Source of the DNA: Chiloscyllium plagiosum
Taxonomy: Eukaryota
DNA length: 64,000 bases
Assembly: GCF_004010195.1 (NCBI RefSeq)
Contig: NC_057749.1
Location: forward strand, 2,086,800 to 2,150,799
Reading direction: 5' to 3'
Shown: piece after piece, positions 12,402 through 23,711 of the stretch
How the letters are laid out: each line of letters opens with the position of its first letter
Position numbering within the stretch: position 1 is the first letter of the stretch
Notes under the pieces: model-generated
What the model saw: the letters and a program-made list of their open reading frames with translations, nothing else
What the model was told of the DNA's origin: nothing
Databases searched by the model: none
Made by a program: the position numbers and the translations under genes

Positions 12402-12901
12402 NNNNNNNNNNNNNNNNNNNNNNNNNNNNNNNNNNNNNNNNNNNNNNNNNNNNNNNNNNNNNNNNNNNNNNNNNNNNNNNNNNNNNNNNNNNNNNNNNNN
12501 NNNNNNNNNNNNNNNNNNNNNNNNNNNNNNNNNNNNNNNNNNNNNNNNNNNNNNNNNNNNNNNNNNNNNNNNNNNNNNNNNNNNNNNNNNNNNNNNNNNN
12601 NNNNNNNNNNNNNNNNNNNNNNNNNNNNNNNNNNNNNNNNNNNNNNNNNNNNNNNNNNNNNNNNNNNNNNNNNNNNNNNNNNNNNNNNNNNNNNNNNNNN
12701 NNNNNNNNNNNNNNNNNNNNNNNNNNNNNNNNNNNNNNNNNNNNNNNNNNNNNNNNNNNNNNNNNNNNNNNNNNNNNNNNNNNNNNNNNNNNNNNNNNNN
12801 NNNNNNNNNNNNNNNNNNNNNNNNNNNNNNNNNNNNNNNNNNNNNNNNNNNNNNNNNNNNNNNNNNNNNNNNNNNNNNNNNNNNNNNNNNNNNNNNNNNN
12901 N
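12402..12901. other. assembly gap of exactly 500 N (probable scaffold join)
   Basis: Round length, unlike the other gaps (951, 647 and 481 N), which fall inside single repeats or repeat clusters. Confidence 0.85.
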
Positions 12902-13860
12902 TTTACCCCCAGGCGTTTGGTCAGGTGCCTGAAGGGGGCCGTGGCTGCAGCCGGGGTTGGGATAGCCAAGCCTAAGGCAGCGGCTACCCCGGCGTAGGTG
13001 CGGCTGGGCCCAGCGACCTTTGGGCTCGCCATACTCTGCTGCTGTATATTGGTAGGCCCCAGGCAACAGCGATGGAGGCAGGCCTCTGGCAGTAGCAGTA
13101 GTCCTGGGAGGTGCCCAAGGCGAATCCCAGGCAGTGACGGTGGAGACCGGCCTCAGGCAACAGCAGTGGTGGAAGCAGGCCTCGGGCGAGTCCAAGGTAG
13201 GCCCTCAGTCGCAGAGGCGGGGGCAGACCTGTTGGGGAGAGTCCCCAAGGCAAGTCCCAGGCAGGGTGGAAGCAGGCCTCGGGCGAGTCCAAGGTAGGCC
13301 CTCAGTCGCAGTGGCGGGGGCAGACCTGTTGGGGAGAGTCCCCAAGGTAAGTCCCAGGCAGCCCCAAAATCGAGTCCCAGGCAGCAGTAGTGGAGGTGGG
13401 CCTCCAGTAGTGGCAGCGGTGGAGGTCCTGGGGAGGGGACAAGGCGAGTCCCAGGCAGCGGCGGCGGAGGCAGGCCCCAGGCAACAGCAGTAGAGGTAGG
13501 CCTCCGGCAAGCCCCAGGCAATTCCCCCAGTCGCAGCGGTGGGGGAAGGCCCGCCGGGGAGGGTCCCCAAAGCAAGTCCCAGGCAGCCCCAAAACTAAGT
13601 CCCAGGCAACAGCAGCGGAGGTGGGCCTCCAACAACAGCAGCAGTGGTGGAGGCCCTGGGAGGGGCCCCAAGGTGAGGTCCTGGGAGGGGCCCCAAGGCA
13701 AGTCCCAGGCAGCAGCAGTGAGGCAGGCCCCAAGCAGCAACAGCTGAGCCAGGTCCGGGTGGGGTCCCAGAGACCAGCAGTGGGAGTGGGCCCCAGGTTA
13801 GCAGCAACACTGCCTTGACCTGGGTGAGGCCCAGGCTGCAGCTCCAAATGTAGGCCCCAG
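12902..13860. repeat. GC-rich degenerate tandem/satellite-like repeat
   Basis: Recurring gtcccaggcagc, ggcccc and cccaaggc blocks; near-exact ~98-bp duplication at ~13168-13263 and ~13266-13361. Confidence 0.75.
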
Positions 13861-14344
13861 ACTCAAAAGCTCGCACCTCCTTTTGCTTCTGCCTCCTCCT
13901 CCTCTTCCTTCTTCTTTCCTTCCTCTCTCTCGATGCAGGGCAGCTGGTCCAGGGACAGTCCCCTTCAAGGAGGAGAGTCCTTGCACGTGTACACACACTC
14001 TCACACTGATCCAACTCTCAAGATAGGCAAACACCCGAGTGGCCAGTGACAAGCAGTGCCCTTCACAAAAAAGGACTATCCTGTTTTTTTTTTCTTTTTT
14101 TTTCTTCTTTTTTTTTCTCCACACTCCGCTTTTTTCTTTTTAACCCCCACACTACCACCTAAGTGCGGTAGTGCTTATTTTATCCCCAGAACCCATGGTG
14201 TGTGTGTGCAGGTGTGAGACACAGTGAGAGACACAAAGTGCGCCAATCTTTATTCAATTTCCACCACCAGGAAGATAGGAAAACACCCGGGTGGCCAGTG
14301 ACAAGCAGTGCCCTTCACAAAAAAGGACTATCCTGTTTTCTCTG

Positions 14345-15880
14345 TCAGTCAGTGGTCCCTGAGTGGATCTAGATTCACAGCCCCAATTAGAGAATTCATA
14401 TTCTGAGGTCCACCTGGCTGATCTCATTACAATCCCTACAGTTGGGAAGAGTGGCCTCTCGGGAAAGCAGCAACCAGATCATGGCATCATGCATGGCACC
14501 ATTGTACAGCAGGGAGGATTGAAGTTCAGGTAAGCAGTAAAAGTAGGGGACTCTACAGTCAGGGGCACAGAGAGGCATATCTGCGGCCACAAGACTCCAG
14601 GATGATGTGTTGCCTCCACGGTGCCAGGGTCAATGATATCTCTGAGTGGGCACAGGATATTCTGAAAGGAGAGTGTGAGCAGCGTGAAGTCCTGGCCCAT
14701 CTTTGTACTAATGACATAAGCAGATAGGTCCAGCAAAGGCAATTCAAGGGTTATGTGGTAAATTGAAAAACAGAATCTTGAGGGTTGTAATCTCTGGATC
14801 ACTTCCTGTGCCACATGCCAGTGAGGTGAGCAACAGGAAGATAGTAGAGTTAAATATGTGGCTTCAGCTATGTGGATCTTTGGGATATATTCTGGGGCAG
14901 GTGGGACCTGTACAAGACGACTGGTTCACCTAAACTGGAGGGGCACCAATATCCAGGAGGATTTACATTCGTGTGGTGGGGCCAGGGTGCAGAGTTCTGT
15001 GTGCAGTGGACGGAACCAGAGCAGGAGGTGAACAAATAAAATGAACAAGGAGGAGTCAGAGACTAAGGTCAGTTGGACTGAGATGAAGAACAGATGGAGA
15101 CGTTATAAAACACGGTAGGACTAGCAGCCTGAGGTACATTTGTCTTAATGCGAGGAAATGACAGATAAGGCAGTTGAACTGAGAGCTTGGATTAAGAGAT
15201 ATAACTGTGATTCTGTAGCTACTACAGAGACTTGATTGAGGGAGGGACAAAACTGGCAGCTTAATGTCCTGGGATTTAGATGTTTCAAGTGAGATAAAGA
15301 GGGATGTAAAAGAAGGGGAGTTGTTACTCATTAGGGAGACTATCAGAGATGTACTGATGGACAACACTTTGGAGGGTTTACCCACTGAGATGATATGAGT
15401 AGAGCTCAGGCACAGGAAGGTGCAATTACTTTGATGGGATTGAACTACAGGCCTCCCAACAGCCAGCAGATAGAGGAACAGATATGTGAACAGATTCTGG
15501 TAAAATGTGAAAACAACAGGGTCGTTATGGTGGTGACATAAATCTCCCCAATATTGACTTAGATTTGCTTAATGTCAGAGGCTTGGATGGAGGGGAATTT
15601 GTTAGGTGTTTCCAGGATGGTTTTTTTGAAAGAATATGTAAATAATCCAACTAAGGAACTGGCCATACTGGACCTGGTATTAGGAAACATGCCCGGCCAG
15701 GTGATTGAAGTTTCAGTGGGGGACCATTTCAGAAAAAGTAACAATTATTCTGTACGTTTTAAGTTACCCATGGATAAGGATAAGAGTAGGCCTGGGGTGA
15801 AAGCACTAAACTGGGGGAAAGGCTAACTACTGCAACATTAGGCAGGGACAAGGAAATGTCGACTGGGGGCAGCTGTTTGA
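14345..15880 (+). mobile_element. CR1 LINE 5' half: ORF1 esterase and APE endonuclease remnants
   Basis: VGDSTVRG..CCLHGARV (SGNH/GDSL esterase of CR1 ORF1); YRPP and AILDLVLGNMPGQV..VGDHF (APE); many stops. Confidence 0.82.
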
Positions 15881-15994
15881 ATCTCTGTGCACACTGAAGT
15901 TTCTGTTAAAAGTGATGGAATAAGCAGATGTCTCATATTTTCTATAGTAAGGGATACTCAGTAAGCCAGAGCACATTCTTAACTATTCAGTACA

Positions 15995-17288
15995 TAGTAA
16001 ATGTCTGTGTTGATTCGGTCGCCCGAGATAGAAATGGAGAAGTCTAGGAAGGGGAGGGAGGAGTCTGAGACGGTCCAGGTGAATTTGAGGTCGGGGTGGA
16101 AGGTGTTGGTAAAGTGGATGAACTGTTCAACCTCCTCGTGGGAGCACGAGGCAGCGCCGATACAGTCATCGATGTAGCGGAGGAAAAGGTGGGGGGTGGT
16201 GCCAGTGTAGCTGCGGAAGATGGACTGTTCCACATATCCTATGAAGAAGCAGGCATAGCTGGGGCCCATGCGGGTGTCCATGGTTACTCCTTTGGTTTGG
16301 AGGAAGTGGGAGGATTGGAAAGAGAAGTTGTTCAGGGTGAGGACCAGTTCAGTCAGTCGAAGGAGGGTGTCAGTGGAAGGGTCCGTGTTGATTCGGTCAC
16401 CCGAGATGAATCAACATGGACATTTACTATAAACCGACCATCTCCCACAGCTACCTAGACTACACCTCCTCCCACCCTGCCCCCTGTAAAAACGCAATCC
16501 AATATTCCCAATTCCTTCGTCTCCGCCGCATCTGCTCCCAGGAGGACCAGTTCCAATACCGAACAGCCCAGATGGCCTCCTTCTTCAAAGACCGCAATTT
16601 CCCCCCAGACGTGATCGNNNNNNNNNNNNNNNNNNNNNNNNNNNNNNNNNNNNNNNNNNNNNNNNNNNNNNNNNNNNNNNNNNNNNNNNNNNNNNNNNNN
16701 NNNNNNNNNNNNNNNNNNNNNNNNNNNNNNNNNNNNNNNNNNNNNNNNNNNNNNNNNNNNNNNNNNNNNNNNNNNNNNNNNNNNNNNNNNNNNNNNNNNN
16801 NNNNNNNNNNNNNNNNNNNNNNNNNNNNNNNNNNNNNNNNNNNNNNNNNNNNNNNNNNNNNNNNNNNNNNNNNNNNNNNNNNNNNNNNNNNNNNNNNNNN
16901 NNNNNNNNNNNNNNNNNNNNNNNNNNNNNNNNNNNNNNNNNNNNNNNNNNNNNNNNNNNNNNNNNNNNNNNNNNNNNNNNNNNNNNNNNNNNNNNNNNNN
17001 NNNNNNNNNNNNNNNNNNNNNNNNNNNNNNNNNNNNNNNNNNNNNNNNNNNNNNNNNNNNNNNNNNNNNNNNNNNNNNNNNNNNNNNNNNNNNNNNNNCC
17101 CCTCCCCCAGGTCCCTCCTCCCTACCTTTTATCTTAGCCTGCTTGGCACACTTTCCTCATTCCTGAAGAAGGGCTCATGCCCGAAACGTCGATTCTCCTG
17201 CTCCTTGGATGCTGCCTGATCTGCGCTTTTCCAGCGACACATTTTCAGCTCTGATCTCCAACATCTGCAGTCCTCACTTTCTCCTCCT
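15995..17288. mobile_element. Penelope-like element with 5' inversion (RT on - strand 15995-16380, continuation on + strand from ~16405)
   Basis: Minus strand: MGPSYAC..RYIDD..LPFLD; plus strand: DIYYKPT.SHSYLDYTSSHP..K.AI.YSQFLRLRRICS; pLTR with hammerhead at 17163-17190. Confidence 0.88.
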
Positions 17289-17289
17289 T

Positions 17290-17941
17290 TTGTCTTCCTC
17301 AGAGGAACGTGTTCTCATCAAACCCTCACTGACTGAGGCCCAGGCTCAGCGGTTGTACGGTCGGTTGAGTTGGCCGAGCGGTTGTACGGTCTGAAGGTCT
17401 CCAGTGTCCAACCAATGCTGGTGATCATAGTCAGAACTACGTCCTCAAAGTGATGAACACTGGTGACAGTGAAGATGCTGATTTGATCTGATTAAAGCAC
17501 ATACATGAGCCATTATGTTTTTGAGTGAGAAAGGATTTCCTTTATCTATGATGTGGAGATGCCGGTGTTGGACTGGGGAGTACAAAGTTAAAAATCACAC
17601 AGCACCAGGTTATAGTCCAACAGGTCTATTTGGAAGTACTAGCTTTCGGAGTGCTGCTCCTTCGTAAGGTAGCTGTGGAGCAGGATCATAAGACACAAAG
17701 ACTTAACCGCAATCTAGGTTTGTTCAATATATCGCTTCAGTTGCATGACATTGTGATCTGTTATAAACTCTGTGTCTTATGATCCTGCTCCACAGTTACT
17801 TGATGAAACAGCAGTGCACCAAAAGTTAATGCTTCCAAATAAACCTGTTGGACTATAACCTGGTGTTGTGTGATTTTTAACTTCCTTTACCTACACCAAT
17901 CCCAACCATTGATGGCAAGGTTATGTGTTTGGATACTATTG
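17290..17941 (+). pseudogene. HYKK: HYKK (hydroxylysine kinase/AGPHD1) pseudogene, first coding exon, disrupted
   Basis: Fragments SSSEERVLIKPSLTEAQA / LYGLKVSSVQPM / NYVLKVMNTGDSEDADLI* / IMFLSEKGFP / PTPIPTIDGKVMCLDTI align to HYKK KPTFSEEQA..FGLKVSKVRPL..YVLKISNT..DLIE..IMFLKAAGFP; frameshifts, stops, TTG at the expected ATG, 333-bp insertion; G|gtcagt donor. Confidence 0.82.
17549..17881. mobile_element. Penelope pLTR-derived inverted-repeat insertion with 12-bp TSD
   Basis: Arms of ~110 bp are inverted (17586-17697 vs 17771-17883); flanked by ttcctttatcta / ttcctttaccta. Confidence 0.8.
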
Positions 17942-18004
17942 GTCAGTATTAGTTCTTGGTGGCTGGTGTGAGGTGATGGACTTTGGTCACAAAATATTTG
18001 AAAG

Positions 18005-18715
18005 AAAATATATAATGGGGGTACAATTCTAAAAGGGGTGTAGGAGCAGAATGACCTGGGTTCATAGTGCGCAGATCTTTGAGTGATAAGGACATATGGG
18101 AATTGCCATCAATAAAAACATGCAGCGTTCTCACTTTATTAATCGGAGCATACAGTACAAGAGCAAAGAAGTGATGTTGAACTTGTACAAGACATTTGTG
18201 ACACCTCAGCTGGAGTATTCTACACAGTTGTGGGAGCCATATTACAGCAAAGATGTGAATGCACTGGAGAGAGTGCAAAAGTGATTCACAAGAATGATTC
18301 CAGGAATGAGAAACATTAGTTACGAGGATAGATTGAAGAAGTTGGCTCTGAAGAAAAGAATGTTGAGAGGAGATTTAATAGAATTTTTCAAAATCACGAG
18401 TGTGTTGGATAGAGAAGATAGGGAGAAGCTGTTCCAACTCATAAAAGAAACAGAAGAGCATACATTTGAAGTGATGTGCTCACAAAGCAATGGTGACATG
18501 AGAAAAATCTTTTTCATATAGTAGTTGGTTAGGGTGGAGAGGCACTGCCTAGAAATGTGATGGAGGCAGGTTTTATTGAGGCATTCCAGAAGGCATTGGA
18601 TAATAAATCGATGTTCAGAGATTTGTGGTAAAAACAGGAGATTGGCACTTATCTCTAGCACAGATGCAAGCCTGATGGGCTGAATGGTTTCCTTCTGCAC
18701 GATAACAATTCTGTG
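18005..18715 (+). mobile_element. CR1/L2 LINE 3' fragment
   Basis: YKSKEVMLNLYKT..PQLEY..ALERVQK and LRGDLIE motifs. Confidence 0.82.
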
Positions 18716-18800
18716 ATGCTGTGACATTTGAAATTTACTTTCCTTATACCCATGTAAATGCTGTAGCTGATTAGAATTCAGAACCGATTAATATAATTCA

Positions 18801-19121
18801 ACGGCACAGTGGCTCAGTGGTTAGCACTGCTATCTCATAGCAGTGTGCACCCTCAGACAACAGTCTGTGTGGAGTTTGCACATTCTCCCCGTGTCTGCAT
18901 GGGTTTCCTCCGGGTGCTCCAGTTTCCTCCCACAATCCAAAGATGTGCAGGTTAGGGGAATTGGTCATGCTAAATTGCCCATAGTGTTCAGGGATGTGTA
19001 GGTTAGGTGATTTAGTGAGGGAAAGTGTAAAGTAATAGGATAGGGGAATGGGTGGGTTACTTTTTGGAGGTTCAGTGTGGGCTTGTTGGGCCTGTTTGCA
19101 CACTGTAGCGATTCTGTGATT
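18801..19121 (+). mobile_element. HE1/V-SINE-type SINE
   Basis: Same head and V-domain as 2865-3190. Confidence 0.85.
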
Positions 19122-19176
19122 CTAACTTCAAAATGACAGCCAAACTTAGCAAGGACACTGCTCTCATCTCTTACAG

Positions 19177-19299
19177 ATGTGGGGAAGAATCTAAGACCCA
19201 CATGATCTGGTTACGGACCTACCTCCCTGGAATTCCATTGTCTAAAATGCATATAGGTCCTCTGATCAAAGCTGGTCAAACACTTACTGCAAGTGCCTG
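19177..19299 (+). pseudogene. HYKK: HYKK pseudogene, second coding exon (3' end uncertain)
   Basis: ctcttacag| acceptor; CGEESKTHMIWLRTYLPGIPLSKMHIGPL vs HYKK [30 protein letters not shown]; out of phase with the previous exon; apparent 3' deletion. Confidence 0.75.
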
Positions 19300-20270
19300 G
19301 TATATTCAAGCAAGTCAAATTCAGCAATACAAGACCATTGTACAGGACACATTAATACAAACTATCTCCTTGACGCTTGAACATTTACAAATATTTAGTC
19401 ACAGGTAAAGATGGCGAACCTGATTTGGCTTTACGCCACAAGCAATGCGCACTTGCACAGGGTACAGGATCCAGTACAATACTAAAGGACGGCTGATGGA
19501 GGTGCCATCACCAGATGTAGCCTTTTTTCTGTATATTCATTAGTGGTTAATGTTTAGTATTCAATTGTTATTATTATCCGTTGGTGTTTAATGCATCCTG
19601 TTAAATGTTTTATTGTTAATAATGAAATAAGTAATGATGCTGCAATAAATGGCTCATCAAATGACATTTCTGTCCTTGGACAACTTACCAGAACGGCTCG
19701 TTGCTCCTTGTCCGAAATACTGGCAAATCTTCCTGCTTGGTGAATTGTAACTATTTGTCCTTCTAGGTGTGATACTCAATCTCAGACCTTTATAACACCA
19801 TTGGCTCACTGTTGGATGTTTCAAAACATCGATGAGTGACATAAAGACTTGGAAAACACACTCCCGTGAGTGTTCCATATCAGGCACTTGCACTAAGTCG
19901 GTGTGTTTTGTCTCCACCGTTATCTTTATAAGGGTTTGTGGATGAGACTGAGGGAATCTGTGACACATATTAATCTGTTTGTGTACTTTAGATCAATTTG
20001 GAACACATCAGAGCTTCTTTGAAACATCTTTAGCCTAACAGCACAAAATCCATTATGAAGGGGTTCTTTAAAATCATTCCTCATTCAATGTGGGCTGTTA
20101 GGACAGGGATATGCAAAATATCAAATCAGCACAGAGTCTGAATCACCCGTTTCTGGATCTGGGAAAGTTTTGGCTGTGACAAATGTGCAGTGTTCTTTAA
20201 AAAAGATTGAAAATTCCAAGATACCCCGCTCCAGTTCTGGGCGCTGGTTGGTGACTGTATCCTGAAGATA

Positions 20271-21930
20271 GTGAGAACTGCAGCTGCTGGAGTAAGAGCA
20301 GAACTGGAAAAAGCTTAGCATCAGAGGAGAAGGACAGTCGATGTTTCAGGTTGGAACCTTTGATCAGGACTGGGGAGGGGAAAGGGGCTGCCAAATAAAT
20401 GGTGGAGTGGGTTGGGGGAAAGGTGGGTGGAATGGCAATAGGTGGATGTGATTGGTCAGTGGGAAGGGTGGAGCAGATAGATGGTAAGGAAGATGGACAG
20501 GTAAGGTCAGGTGAAGGGGGTTGGCTGGAGAGGGAGGGCTGGGCCTGGGAAGAGGTGGAGAGAATTGCAAGCTGGTGAATTCGGTGTTAAAGCCATATGG
20601 ATATAAGCTTCTGAGGTGGAAGATGAGGTATTCTTCCTCCAGTTTGCATGTGGCCTTATGTTGCCAGTGGAGGAGGCCCAGGATGGATATGTCATCTGGG
20701 AGTGGGAGGGGATGTTGAAATGGATGGCAACCAGAAGGGAGGGTAGCTGACAATGTACGGACCATAAATGATTTCCGAGTTTGTGCTCGGTCTTTCTGAC
20801 ATAGAGGCGACCACATAGGGAGCAACAAATGCAATAAATCAGGTTAGAGGTTTTCCACCTCAATCTCTGCCAGACTTGGAATGATTCTTAGGCACCTTCA
20901 TCGGAGATGAGAGGGGAAGGTGTGGGGGGCAAGTTTTGCACCTCCTGCGGCTGCAGGGGAAGATTTCGGGTGTGGAGGATGGGTTGGTGGGGAGTGTGGA
21001 TCTAACGAGGGAGTCGCAGAGGGAACAGACCCTGTGAAAAGCGGATAGCGGGGTGGGGAGGGAAATATTATTTTGGTGGTGGGGGTCAGACTGCTCGTGG
21101 TGGAAGGTGACGTGCTGAACTTGGAGATTAGTGGGATGGAATGTGAGGACTAGGGGGACTCTACCCTTGTTATGGTTGGGGGATGTTTTGTTTGAGGGCA
21201 GAGGTACAAGTATTGGAGGAGATGCAGTTGAGGGCAATGTTGATCATGTGGGAGGGGAAATTGCGGTCCTTGAAGTAGGAGGACATCTGGGATGTCCTGG
21301 AGTGGAATTGCTCCTCCTGAGAGTTGATGCGGCATACGTGGAGGAATTGGGAGCAGGGAATTGTGCTTTTGCAGGTGGAGGGATTGGGAGGAGCAGTAAT
21401 CAAAGTAGCTGTGGGAGTCGGTGGGTTTGTAATAAATGTTGGTGCTGAGTTGGTTGCCGGAGATGGAGAGAGAAGTTCAGGAAAGGGAGGGAGGTGTCAG
21501 AGGTGGTCCAGATGAATTTGAGGTCAGGGTGGAAGGTGTGTATGCAATGGATGAACTGTTTAAGCTCCTCATGGGAGCATGAGGCAGTGCTGATACAGTC
21601 ATCGATGTAGCGGAGGAAAAGGTGGGGGATGATGCTGGTATAGCTACAGAAGATGGACTGGTCCATGTATCCTTTGAAGAGGCAGGAATAGCTCCGACCT
21701 ATGCGGGCACCCATGGCCACCCCTCTGGTTTGTAGGAAGTAGGAGGATTCCGGGGAACTGAAAGTTGTGGAGAAGGTGGATGGCGTGGCTGGTGTCCTGA
21801 ATGTAAGTGGGGAATTCCTGTACCAAAGGGGACAGGATGGAGTCAAGATAAAAGGAGATGAGTTCAGTGGGGTAGGAGCAGACAGAGACAATCGGTCAAC
21901 TAGGGCAGGCAGGTTATGAATTTTAGGGAG
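20271..21930 (-). mobile_element. Penelope-like element (RT, GIY-YIG, pLTR) with 7-bp TSD GAAGATA
   Basis: QTRGVAMG..RYIDD; NLIYCICCSLCGRLYV.KT (GIY-YIG); gaagata at 20264-20270 and 21930-21936. Confidence 0.88.
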
Positions 21931-22185
21931 AAGATATCAGGAATTGTAAAAATATGATTTTGGTGTAATCCCCTTGAAGATTTCCCCTGATACGGACAGT
22001 GACAGAGGATAAAGGAGTCACCAATCGATGATGGTCTTTGGGGAGATGTTGGCAATGGGATCCAGTACCTTATTGTCATCCATTAAGGATTAATCAGCAG
22101 AAACCACTCAAAACAACAGGGATGAATTTCTTTTGCAATAGTCAAAAGAAACTAAAATAAAATATCCTTTATTGTCACGTGTTCA

Positions 22186-22340
22186 AGTACGAGAGTGCGG
22201 GAATACATACTATGGGAGTGCGGGAGTAGTACGAGAGTGCGGGAATACATACTATGGGAGTGCGGGAGTAGGGAGTACAGGAGTACGAGAGTGCGGGAAT
22301 ACATACTATGGGAGTGCGGGAGTAGGGAGTACAGGAGTAC
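22186..22340. repeat. minisatellite, ~3 copies of a 42/54-bp unit
   Basis: 'agtacgagagtgcgggaatacatactatgggagtgcgggagt' repeated near-perfectly. Confidence 0.9.
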
Positions 22341-22509
22341 AGTGAAAAGCTTTACAATGCCATCTCTTATGGCCATGATGTAGAGATGCTGGCATTGGAT
22401 AAAGTTGAAAATCCCACAACACCAGGTCATAATCCAACAGGTTTATTTGGAAATACAAACTTTCAGAGCATTGCTCCTTCATTTAGTAGCTAGTGGGGGG
22501 CAATAACAT

Positions 22510-23545
22510 GTTAGGACTTTTAAGCAAGTGTTTGATAAGGTGCCACACATAAGGCTACTTAGTAAGCTAAAAACCCATGGTGCTGGAACTCCAAGTATTC
22601 ACAATATATATTCATCACTTAGATGAGGAAAGTGTATGTACTGTTGCCACGTTTGCAGATGACTCAAAAATAGCTTCAGAAGGCAAGTGATGAAAATGAC
22701 ACAAAGTTCACAGAGGAATATACACAGGTAAGTGAATGGGCAAAACTTGACAAATTGATAAATGTGGGGAAATGTGAGGTTATGCACCTTGGCAGGAAGA
22801 GGAGAAACTGAATGTTATTTCAATGGAGAAAGACTGTAGAAAGCTACAGAACAGAGGGATTTGGGAGTTATTGTCCATGAATCACAAAAAGCTAGCATCT
22901 GAGTACAGTGGGTAATAGGAAGGCAAATAGAATGTCAGCCTTTACTTCAGAGGAAATGAAGTATAAAAGTGGGGAGGTTTTGCTAAAATTGGACAAGGCA
23001 CAAGTCAGACCACAGGTTGAAAACTGTGAAGGGTTTTGGTCCCTTCTCTGAAGACAGACATATCATCATTGGAGGCAATCCAGAGAAGTTTAACTACGCT
23101 GATCCCAAATGTGGAGGAACTGTCTTGTGAAGGGAGGTTCAGTAAGTCGGGCGTGTACTCATTGCAGTTTGGAAGAATGTGAAGTGACCTTATTGAAATT
23201 TACAAGATTCTGTGAAGACTTGACAAGGTAGACATGGGATGGTTGTTTCCCCTTATGGGAGATCAGACGGCATAATTTCAGAATAGGGAGGTGTCCATTT
23301 AAGATGGAGATGAGGAAGTATTTCTTCTCTCAGAGGGTAGTGAGTATGTGATATTTTCTATTGCAGAGGGCTGTTGAGACTGTTATCCAGGCTGATCAAG
23401 ACAGATTTTTCATCAGTAATGAAATCAAGGGTTACAGGGTTAAGGTAGGAAGACGGTGTTGAGGACTATCAGATCAGCAATGATTTCAATGACCGGCAGG
23501 AGCAGACGCGATGGGATGAATGGTCTTCTTACACTCCTATATCTT
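22510..23545 (+). mobile_element. degenerate CR1/L2 LINE RT 3' half
   Basis: DF..FDKVPH, FADD, KCEVMHLG, RDLGV and EAIQR remnants. Confidence 0.78.
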
Positions 23546-23711
23546 AAAGTCCAACAGCGCTTCAATAATTCCCAATTCTGTGCCCTTCCTTCTCTCTCAT
23601 CTCATTCTTATCCCATCCAATACTTTCTTTCCAATTCCATGTTCAGCTCCTCTCAGGCACTTGCCTGCTCTTACACTTTCTCCCGAATGTATGCCCAATC
23701 TTTAAACACTT

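Noticed and set aside
12984-14124. Overlapping Pro/Gly/Leu-rich ORFs as a gene
   Set aside because: Low-complexity GC repeat open in many frames on both strands, with no recognisable domain or splice structure
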